Shown piece after piece: positions 14,101 to 26,100 of a stretch of DNA of 64,000 nt. This DNA is from Paraspadella gotoi. Taxonomy: Eukaryota; Animalia; Chaetognatha. Where the stretch lies: NCBI GenBank assembly GCA_051294375.1, contig CM119269.1, forward strand, positions 20,755,665 through 20,819,664. The letters run 5' to 3'. A program made the translations under genes and the position numbers. Position 1 is the stretch's first letter; each line of letters starts with the position of its first letter. The notes under the pieces are model-generated. The model did no database searches and was not told the DNA's origin. It was given only the letters and a program-made list of their open reading frames with translations.

Positions 14101-17100
14101 AATCATTCCTCCTTTGCTAGATATACATGATACCTATATTTATTATAATGGGTAATTTCTTTATTATAGTTTTTATTTTTAACCAATTTCAAACTTAAAC
14201 CTAAAGACCCATTGTGGATCCACAATTTCTAATACTTTTAGTATAATTGGTCCACTGGCTTTTACGTGGTGTTTTTTTGTTTTGTTTTTTCTTGTTTCTT
14301 TTTATCTAGGATTTGAGATTTATTTTCGGTATTTAGTTTTTCTATGATTATAAAAATAAAACCAAAAAATAGAATCAGAGATTGTATAAAAATGAAAGGA
14401 AAAAGAAAAGGGAGGAAAAGGAAAGAGATGAGGGGATTAAGTGGCGCAGTTTTACGTCAATTTACGCCATTCTATGCCAGAGCATGTTAACTTAATAGTT
14501 TTATCTGGAAAATAAAAAAGTTTTCACGCCACAAAATAAAATTATATTTATATGGTTTTCTGATTATTTTACGCCATTCTACGCCACACCTGTATAAAAA
14601 AAGGGTGGATAAATCTATAACGCAATTTAACTGAATAGTTTTTATTAAAAAATAAATTAAAAGCCTTTAAGTCACAAAATTAAATAGTAGTTATATGGTT
14701 TTTTGATTATTTTACGCCATTTTACGCCACAACAGTATAATAAAATGCCAGATAAATCTTTAAAAACACTTAACTGAATAGCTTTTACCAGAAAATAATC
14801 AGAAAGTCTTTACGCCACATCATGATATCATATCATGGTTGTACCAATTTCATAAAATTCAGCTCCTTGTATTTTGATGCTAGTGCGGAGTACAATAAGT
14901 ATTCCCCGATCTAATACTAAGGGAGTGGTCTTTTCATACAATTGAAACATTCTTTGAAATATTATACCACTTCATTGATAGGGAAGCCAGGTACTCTGGG
15001 AGTGAATAAACGAGACTGTGAGAGAGTCTTAATTGAAGCTTGCAGGGACCTGCTATGTAATTATCTTGTAAGAGTGATGGAGGCCTTAAACCACCAAAGC
15101 CTGTCCAAAGTCAGGGGCAAGATAGCTTATTTATTAAATGAATGGATAATTTTATATTGGTGTTTACCAATTTCATTAAACGGTTTTACCTTCCTTTCAC
15201 GCCATTTACGCCACAATTTCTTTTCAAATTTAAATATATACAATTATACATTTATAATTATTAACTTAATAAATTTTAAAAATTTATTGGAAAAATTCAT
15301 TAACGCCACATATTTAAATAAAAAATATGTTTGGCGTAGTTTTTATGCCACCAGCGCCAGCAAAAATGTAAAAAAAAAGAAATCAAAGCTAAATGCAATA
15401 CTATAATATATTCTTAATTAGAAAAAAGCCTTTTTAAAAATTTTAGTTAAATATCCTTGACAGCAGTAACGAGGCAGGAAGGTAACTATAAATTGACGTC
15501 AATCAGTCAATCCCATATTTAAAAAAACTGCCAATCAATGATTAAAGTATATTTCGTAAGGCTTAATATAAGGTTTAAATCAATCGAATGAAGAAAAAAA
15601 GTATTTTTAACATTTTTGTGCAATACCCTACCATAAGAAGTTAAAAATTTAGATATGGCTTCTCGTTATCAAGATCTTTAAAATTGTCATGTTTCATATG
15701 AATTTTTGGATTTGTTTGCTTTAATTAAATTTGCTTTAAGTAAAAACTATTACAAATTACGTTTTAATTAAGTTCTTTATTTTTTCCATCGTTGCTTTTT
15801 CTGATTTGTTTAAAAACGAGTTCATTTCTGCAGCGGCTGGATTTCTTTCTCTTTCTCTCTTATTCTCTCTCTCATACACGCGTTTTTTGGTTTTATCTAT
15901 GAATGATTATTACCGCATCAATAATTGGTTATCATTGTATTAATAATTGGTTATTATTATATTAATGATTTATTATTACATAATAATCAATTACTATTAT
16001 ATCTATTATTATTATATTAATAATCAATTATTATTACATCAATAATAAATTACTATTACATCTATAATAAATTATTATTACATCTATAATAAATTATAAT
16101 TATATCTATAATAAATTATTATTACATCAATATAATAATAAATTATTATCGCATTAATCGTTTGTTTTTTTTTGTTTTTTTTTCAGTAATTTTTTTTAAT
16201 CACTATAGATCACTATATTTTTAGGTTGAGTGATTGTGTAATATCCTAATAGCGAATGACGTCCCATTTTAGAATCTACCCGAACGATGTCCACCTCTGC
16301 GATGCGCCCGAACGGGTCGTCTTACGTTTTCCCGCCGGTAATTTAATAACCAGTGAAAATTAAACAAGTAGTGGTGAGTCCTTCCGTCAGAGCAGTTACT
16401 TTGTAGCTTGCCTTGTTATTAAGCATCGTGTGATCATGTTCAATGAGTAAGAGACTAGGGAAATACAGAGGGAGCGCGCAGCGACGAAGACGACAATCAC
16501 GATGCTTAGTAACAAGGCACGCTACAACATACAGAAGGCTTCATATTATAAAATTAGTCACTCCTTTTTTGTGACCACCAAACTACATGATTGAATTTCA
16601 TGAATTTTATTTAATTATTTATTAATTATTATAATTTTAATTATTTCTTTTTAGAATATTTTTTTATCTATTATGTTTATACAATGAAAAGGTCATCAGT
16701 TGGGAACCTATTATACCCTTCATGGATTTCGGCTCTTTAATCCCAATATCCTTCCTTTCATTCCTCTTGATTTGCCCCTCTACCGGTCTTTCCTTGGTTA
16801 CCTCCTCCTCCGTCGCCTGCTTTTGTTTCTCTTCTGTCCGTCCTGTGCCCTCCTCCATCTCTTTCCTTTGTTGTTCTCACTATTTATGTCCTTAGTCTCT
16901 CCCCGCGCGCGATACCTTCTTCATTTTTGCGGCGCTTCCTGTGCGCCCCTCCTGTTCGTTCACCTGCTCTTGTTCCACTTTCCTTGCCTCTGTTTCCATC
17001 CTTCCACGCTTGTTTTCTGTCTCTTTGCGGTGCTGCGTGCTGCGTCTGTGTCGGCTCTTCTGCTTGTCTCTTGGTTCGGCCAACTGGTGCTACCTCACTC

Positions 17101-20100
17101 ATTGGCTCTTGCCTCTTTCCTCAGTTTCGACTTTTCCCCTTATATGTTGAGTCTCAGTGAGACTTCGCGTTTCCCTCTCCTCTTCTTTTTCTCTTCTCAC
17201 GACCCCGCCGAATCATTCCCTAGCTACCACCCCCACTGCTTCTCCTACAATCTGCCCTGGCCCCCACTCCCCCGGCCATTCTCCTTTCCTTCTTTTCTTA
17301 TCTTCCTCTCCTGGTCTCTTTCTCTGTCTCTGCTACTCTCTCTACTCTTCCGCGTGCGCCCTCTCCGCAGTCGCTCGCGGGTACGCATATCCCTGTTGTT
17401 CTCCTCCTCCCTTAATTTGTTTTCCTTTTCCTTTCCATCACCGCCGTCTTCGTCCGTGCTTGCCTCTCCCATCTGGTTCGCGCTCCGGTGCCTGTCCCTT
17501 CCGCGCTCGCGCCTCGCCGTTGCCCCTCATCTCACGATTCAGCCGCGCGCATCCGCGTCCCCGCCGCCGCTCGTCGCTCCGCCGGCGAGCCGCGTGCCGC
17601 TTCCGCCCTGCGGCTCTGGCGGCGCCCGACCGGCCCGGCCGCCGCGCTGCTCCCACACGCCGCCCCGCTCCTGGGTTGTTCGGCGGGGGGGGGGGGTATC
17701 GCGCCCGCCACCGGTCTTTCGCCTCCTACCGCGCGCCGCGTTTGTCCAGTGCGCCGTTGTCGCGCGCGCGCGGGGGACCCCCGCGTCGTATTCGGTTCGC
17801 GCCTCCTGCCGTGGCGCCCCCCGTTCGTCCCTTTCTCTTCTCCGGCCTCCGCCTCCTCCCTCGGGGATCCTTTTTTCACGCCTTCCTTTCTGCTTACCTT
17901 TTGCGGCCTTCCCTTGTTTGACCGTGCTTCCAAGTTTCCCCGCCCCCTTTTTTTTTTTTTTTTTCTGTTTTTTTTGTTTTGTTTTTTCGCCCCCCCCCAT
18001 CCTCCTCCGCCCTTTCTTTCCGCCCCCTCGCCTTTCCCGCCGCCTGCTCCGCTCCTCTCCTCCCGCTCTCCCCGCTGTCCTGCTTTGTGTCCTCGTTTTT
18101 TTGTTTCCCTCTTGCCCCCTCCTTGCACCTTTTTTTCTCCCCCCTCGGCGGTCCTCCTTCCTGCCCTTCTTTTCCGCCCCCACCTGGTCCTCGTTGTGTT
18201 CCTCTCGCACCCCCCACCACCCGCTGCCAGGGGTTCCGCCGTACTTACTCCCACGTTTCATCATCCCTCTGGCTACCGGGACGGCCCCATCCTGCGCCAT
18301 CCGCCTTCCGCGCGCCCCTTCTTCTATTCCCCTTTCTTTTCTTCCCTCTAGCTTATTTTCGGGCATGCCGCCCCGCCTTCCCCCGCCTCCTCGTCGCCCT
18401 CCGTCCCTCGGTGCCCGGCGGCCGGCGCGCGCGCCGCCGCCATGCCGCCTTCCGACCTGCTCGCGCTGTTCGTGCGTGCCGCGCGCCCGCCGGCACCCTC
18501 GAGTTGCCTTCCCCAACCCAGCAGTTTATTCGCACCGCCCTCTACGCGTCTCTCGCTCCCCCCGCCCGCCCTTTTCGCCGCTTTTCCCCCCGCCGCTCAC
18601 CGCCATCCCCCCGTTCTGCCCCCGGGTTTTCTCCGCGGGTGGTCGGGCGCCCGGGCGCCCTGGTCCCGCTTGGGCGACTGTGCGCCCCCGGCGCTGCTGG
18701 CCGCCCTGCCGCGCGCGCGACTAGCGGCGCTTGTCCCTTTTGCCTATTCGTTGCGCCCAGCTTCCTCGCGCCCCCCTCTTCGCGTTCTAGTGTTCTGCTT
18801 TTCCTCCTTCCTCGTGCACCTTCCCTTCGCCGCGTGCTTTTTCTTGCTTTTCCCACACAACGATACGCCTATACCATGGAATATTGNNNNNNNNNNNNNN
18901 NNNNNNNNNNNTGAAGGGTATAATAGGTTCCCAACTGATGACCTTTTCATTGTATAAACATAATAGATAAAAAAATATTCTAAAAAGAAATAATTAAAAT
19001 TATAATAATTAATAAATAATTAAATAAAATTCATGAAATTCAATCATGTAGTTTGGTGGTCACAAAAAAGGAGTGACTAATTTATAATATGAAGCCTTCT
19101 GTATGTTGTAGCGTGCCTTGTTACTAAGCATCGTGATTGTCGTCTTCGTCGCTGCGCGTCCCTCTGTATTTCCCTAGTCTCTTACTCATTGAACATGATC
19201 ACACGATGCTTAATAACAAGGCAAGCTACAAAGTAACTGCTCTGACGGAAGGACTCACCACTACTTGTTTAATTTTCACTGGTTATTAAATTACCGGCGG
19301 GAAAACGTAAGACGACCCGTTCGGGCGCATCGCAGAGGTGGACATCGTTCGGGTAGATTCTAAAATGGGACGTCATTCGCTATTAGGATATTACACAATA
19401 CTCAACCTAAAAATATAGTGATCTATAGTGATTAAAAAAAATTACTGAAAAAACAAAAAAAAAACAAACGATTAATGCGATAATAATTTATTATTATATT
19501 GATGTAATAATAATTTATTATAGATATAATTATAATTTATTATAAGATGTAATAATAATTTATTATAGATGTAATAGTAATTTATTATTGATGTAATAAT
19601 AATTGATTATTAATATAATAATAATAGATATAATAGTAATTGATTATTATGTAATAATAAATCATTAATATAATAATAACCAATTATTAATACAATGATA
19701 ACCAATTATTGATGCGGTAATAATCATTCATAGATAAACCAAAAAACGCGTGTATGAGAGAGAGAATAAGAGAGAAAGAGAAAAGAAATCCAGCCGCTGC
19801 AGAAATGAACTCGTTTTTAAACAAATCAGAAAAAAGCAACGATGGAAAAAATAAGAACTTAATTAAAACGTAATTTGTAATAGTTTTTACTTAAAGCAAA
19901 TTTAATTAAAGCAAACAAATCCAAAAATTCATATGAAACATGACAATTTTAAAGATCTTGATAACGAGAAGCCATATCTAAATTTTTAACTTCTTATGGT
20001 AGGGTATTGCACAAAAATGTTAAAAATACTTTTTTTCTTCATTCGATTGATTTAAACCTTATATTAAGCCTTACGAATATATACTTTAATCATTGATTGG

Positions 20101-23100
20101 CAGTTTTTTAAATATGGGATTGACTGATTGACGTCAATTTATAGTTACCTTCCTGCCTCGTTACTGCTGTCAAGGATATTTAACTAAATTTTTAAAAAGG
20201 CTTTTTTCTAATTAAGAATATATTATAGTATTGCATTTAGCTTTGATTTCTTTTTTTTACATTTTTGCTGGCGCTGGTGGCATAAAAACTACGCCAAACA
20301 TATTTTTTATTTAAATATGTGGCGTTAATGATTTTTCCAATAAAATTTTTAAAATTTATTAAGTTAAATAATTATAAATGTATAATTGTATATATTTAAA
20401 TTTGAAAAGAAATTGTGGCGTAAAATGGCGTGAAAGGAAGGTAAAACCGTTTAATGAAATTGGTACAACCAATATAAAAATTATCCATTCATTAATAAAT
20501 AAGCTATCTTGCCCCTGACTTTGGACAGGCTTTGGTGGTTTAAGGCCTCCATCACTCTTACAAGATAATTACATAGCAGGTCCCTGCAAGCTTTCAATTA
20601 AGACTCTCTCACAGTCTCGTTTATTCACTCCAGAGTACCTGGCTTCCCTATCAATGAAGTGGTATAATATTTCAAAGAATGTTTCAATTGTATGAAAAGA
20701 CCACTCCCTTAGGTATTAGATCGGGGAATACTTATTGTACTCCGCACTAGCATCAAAATACAAGGAGCTGAATTTTATGAAATTGGTACAACCATGATAT
20801 GATATCATGATGTGGCGTAAAGACTTTCTGATTATTTTCTGGTAAAAGCTATTCAGTTAAGTGTTTTTAAAGATTTATCTGGCATTTTATTATACTGTTG
20901 TGGCGTAAAATGGCGTAAAATAATCAAAAAACCATATAACTACTATTTAATTTTGTGACTTAAAGGCTTTTAATTTATTTTTTAATAAAAACTATTCAGT
21001 TAAATTGCGTTATAGATTTATCCACCCTTTTTTTATACAGGTGTGGCGTAGAATGGCGTAAAATAATCAGAAAACCATATAAATATAATTTTATTTTGTG
21101 GCGTGAAAACTTTTTTATTTTCCAGATAAAACTATTAAGTTAACATGCTCTGGCATAGAATGGCGTAAATTGACGTAAAACTGCGCCACTTAATCCCCTC
21201 ATCTCTTTCCTTTTCCTCCCTTTCTTTTTCCTTTCATTTTTATACAATCTCTGATTCTATTTTTGGTTTTATTTCTATAATCATAGAAAAACTAAATACC
21301 GAAAATAAATCTCAAATCCTAGATAAAAAGAAACAAAAAAAAACAAAAAAAAAACACCACGTAAAGCCAGTGGACCAATTATACTAAAAGTATTAGAAAT
21401 TGTGGATCCACAATGGGTCTTTAGGTTTAAGTTTGAAATTGGTTAAAAATAAAAACTATAATAAAGAAATTACCCATTATAATAAATATAGGTATCATGT
21501 ATATCTAGCAAAGGAGGAATGATTGTAAACAGAAAAAAAACACGATAAATCTTAAGATCATAATAAATATATTATATCAGTTTTATACATATTGATGATT
21601 CATAAGCTTTAATATACAATAAAAAGATTATATAAAATGACTATCGCCAGAACTGCTGCTGGCGCATTTTTGCGCATCATTTTTGGGAATTAACAATGAT
21701 CAATTTGTTTGAAAGAAAAAACATTTGCATCTCCTGTAACCAGAGGTTTTGCGAGGAAAGCCTAGTTTTTGCGCTACAATAAAAAAATATTGCTTTCTGT
21801 ACTATTTCAATATTCTTATTATTTATAATATTCTTTTTCAATTTTTTGTGGATTTCGGCTCTTTAATCCCAATATCCAGGTATAGGCGTATCTTTGTGTT
21901 GAAAGCTAGAAAAGTCACGGTCAATTAAGTTGGTAGTAATTATGAATATAACACTATAACGGCAAGAGTTTGTCGAGTAATCTTGGCGCAACTAATAGCA
22001 AAAGACAATCGCCTCTATCTCGCTTCTTGCAGGCTCCATCAAGCGCCTCGGCTTCAGTCCGCGGCCATGCGCCCTGCGCCGACCGCCTTAAAAACCCGGG
22101 CATTAACGGTAGCGACGGCGGTAAAAGCGGCGAAAATGCCGGGCGGGTTATCGATAACGCTATAGGCGGCGAAAACGGCGGTGGAAGCAACGATGGTTCC
22201 CTCTTCGTTTCTCCGTCGAACAGCGGATCCACGGCGGATCTGCTGTCTCTTCGCGCCGCCGCCTCCGGTTCACCGTTGACTGAGTCTACTGGAGGTCTGG
22301 GTGGAATTCTCGGGGTCGTCATGCCCGAAAATAAGACTAAGGGTAAGTTAAAGTAAATTGGACTAGAAAGAAGTGTTTCTCTTAAGGCTTATGTCTCAGA
22401 TTGTTCCTTCCCCTAGCCATAGGGATGATTAAACGCTGGAATAATTTACTTCCTGGAACCCCGCGCGTTTTTTTTTCTATAGTGAACACAACAGTACCAG
22501 TTTTGTTGGCGGAAAAGAATTTCAGAATGTTATTTTTACCATGGTTTAGAAAAAAATTCAATTAGTTTCAATAGTAAACAAAAAAACGGGTACACAAAAC
22601 TGCAGACATTTTTTATCTATTTGAGTATTATTTATGGATCAGGGGTGAAAGGTAGGGGGTTAAAGAAGGGCGGGATTAGGAGTGGGTGGGTTGGTAAAAA
22701 AAACATAAAAAAAAAAAAGTTTTAGTTGGTAAACTGGAACCTTCAACAAGTTAAGCCTCAAAAGTTAACTCAAATGATGCGAAAAAATTGACCGAGTAGA
22801 TTCTAGTCCTGAAATATAAAATTTTATAACTGTATTTTTTCGATGCAGAATCTCTACCGAATACGACTCTTTTTCCCGCCGCTCACGACAAACGCGCTCC
22901 TGGATGCGAAAGACGCCTACAAGTATCGGGTGAGCATCTCGGCGTGGCGCCTTCCATATCCTCATGCGTAATCGGCACGGCCCCGTCTTCTACGAGCGGT
23001 CTTGGTGACGCTTCCTACGGCATCTTTGGTGGCAACGTCGTTTCGAATGGACAGTCACCGGGCGAACCAATGGGAGAGGAAGTTCACGACGCAAACTCGG

Positions 23101-26100
23101 GTAGAAAGAAAATTAAAACAAAAATTTATTTATACAACATAATCTACCCTCTATCTACTCTTAAGTTCTTCACTCTAATAGATATAGCATATAAAGTATT
23201 TACATGTATTTATTAATAAAATAAATATGAAGAGATTCCTTGGGGGGGTTTTCTCAGTTTCAGATGAGAACATTGTTTGAGCAGTATAATATAATAATAA
23301 TATGATATTAACTCAATCCATATACCAAAAAAAAGTAGAAAAGTAACTTTATTAAGTATTCAATATCCAATAGAGATGAGCACCAGCCTGACCAAGATAC
23401 AGCAGAAGAGCCGAGACGCAGCATCAGCTCAAAGCTACATAAAAAAGCTTTGAATTAATTAACATATTCAAGTAATTTAACAAATATCATTTAATACATG
23501 ATGGTCTCAGAGGAATCTCCCAAAAATTAAGAATTTACTCTCATTTTATATACAAGGACAAAATTATAACAACCAATGATAGGAGAGTTCACAGTTTAAG
23601 AATATAATCAAAACATCTACTAGTTATTATTAACCAATGAAAGACCAGATATTCAAATTCAAAGTATTAAATTTAACTAATTAGAGGCTTTAAACAGAAT
23701 TATTGGAGTCAATTAAACGTCAAATTCAGATATTTGAGCCTTTAAAAACTAAAAGGTCAGGGCTCAATTTGGATAAAAATTACTATAAACTCTTTAACAA
23801 AATACGTAAGAAATATAATAAAAGAAAAAAATAAAATAAGGAGATAATAATTATTATACTAATAATATAAAAATATTATATATAAATATTGAATAATAAA
23901 AAATATTATATATTCTAGCCTTCCAATTCATTTTTTGCAATTTGTTATCAAAAGTTTTTCTTTTCATGTTCATCTTTTTCAAAGATTGCTTCGCATCAGA
24001 TTACGAAGAGCAGAAACTGCTGGCGACGAAGGCGATGGCAAAGCGACCAGTCGGGACCGAATCCCGACGCCCCACTGACATGTGGAGCGGGTTGGGCTTT
24101 TCCAAGTCGATGCCCGAGAACGCTATCCGTGACGCCATGAGGTAAAGCAAGTATTCAGTTTAAAATTTATCAAAATTGATTTATGACCAGTTTTTTGTTC
24201 AGAATTCTAAACTTGAGGGGTATTGAAGGCGTGAAGAAATAGAGGGAAAATAATGGTATATTTCGCGAAAAGTAGAAACGAGAGAATGTATCGCTAGACA
24301 AAATATACTGAGGGGCAGGAGGAGGAAAGAAGAAGAAGAAGAGGAAGAGGAGAATTGGACGGCAGGCTAAATCCTCCTCTGCTAAAGATCTATTTAATTT
24401 CGTTTTTTCTCCGTTTTATTCAATAGTCTCTCTCTGACACAAAACATTTTTTAGCAAACATCGTCTGATCTGACCACGATAATTTAGTTCGTCAGCTAAT
24501 AAAATGATAAGTCATGATAAATACAGGGAGGCCCACCTCTTGCAGCACAAAAACGGTTTATGGTAGTAGAAAAAAAATTTTATTTTGAAACTAGGTTAAT
24601 TTTTTTTTTTTGATCTATGTAACAAATGTTAGGAAAATCCAACGACAACTTCTGTAATTGATCCTTCTTGCATAAAGTGTCATATTTTTTCGCGCTGTTT
24701 CTTAACAAAATTTTGAGAAATTTTGGCGAAGATCAAGACAAATGATAGTGACTATGTACGGTCTTCCGATCCATAAATGGTTGTTTCTTATTGATATAAT
24801 AATTTAAGTGCTTGTTATTGTAGTGTTTGAATTGATAGCGTTGTGGTTGTAATGGTGGTTGTGTTTATGATAGTTGTATCCATTCTGGTTGTGATTATAG
24901 TTGATGTAATAGTTTTGGTATTCTTATAGTGCACCGACATTAATTGTGGCATCAAAACGTCGCCTTTTGAAATTTATGAAACTTTGACTCGCTATGAATG
25001 AAGGAACTTTTGAAAATGTTCGTTGAAATATTTTCCACTTCATTGATAGGGAAGCCAGGTACTCTGGGAGTGAATAAACGAGACTGTGAGAGAGTCTTGA
25101 TTGAAAGCTTGCAGGGACCTGCTTTGTCATTATCTTGTAAGAGTGATGGAGGCCTTAAACCACCAAAGCCTGTCCAAAGTCAGGGGAAAGATAGCTTATT
25201 TATTAAATGAATGGATAATTTTTATATTGGTTGTACCAATTTCATAATCATTTTTGAGTAATACAATTTTTTGTATCACTCCTATTAAGACACTGAGTAT
25301 TAACTTGCCTTTTCATCTCTGTATATTTTCCTTACCTCTTTTTCTCGTCCTCTTTTTTTCTTATCCTCATCCTCTGACTTTCTTACATTTTTAGTCACCG
25401 CGGGGGATTGTTGCCGACGAATCACGAACCCCCGCTAGCCGAAGCTGACGAAGAAGATTCCCCCCGCGAAGCCACTACCCTCCCAACCGGGTCTAGAGAT
25501 CCAACCACCAGCGCTGTCCTTCCCAGTGCCGACTATGAGTGCCATCTGGGCGCTGTAAATATGGGACTCTCTGCAACAGATCCGCCTTCGTCTGAAAAAG
25601 CGCGGCCTCCGATGCCGGCTCCAGATCGAGGCCGGGAGATGGAGGACGAAAAAGGAATAGCTCACCGGTACGGAATATACCAAATTAATAATAATTATTA
25701 AAGTTCTCTGTATTTTCTGTTGTACAAGTAATGGACCCCTATTACTTACAGAAGGCGTCATATTATAAAATGAGGTACCCATTTTGGGACCAGAACACGT
25801 TCGGAGAAAATTAATAGACCTAATTCATTGGAATTTGGTATGAATTTCAATATTTGACCCCTGAGCCGAGATATGAGCCCCCGGAGGTGTCACCCATAGG
25901 AGAAAAATTCAAATTTTTTTCAATTATTTTTGTTTTGAACAGATGCACAGACGTNNNNNNNNNNNNNNNNNNNNNNNNNACGTTTACTCTTCCACCAAAT
26001 CATATTTATTACTACAAAACTTTTTGTTTACCTTAACTTTCCGCTTCATGATCACAAGCAGTTGAAGTTAGATTTGGAATAATTTGGGAAAATTGGAAGT

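Noticed and set aside
16700-18724. 674-aa ORF and many overlapping Arg/Pro/Gly-rich ORFs
   Set aside because: Product of an A-depleted, miscalled reverse-complement read, not a gene.
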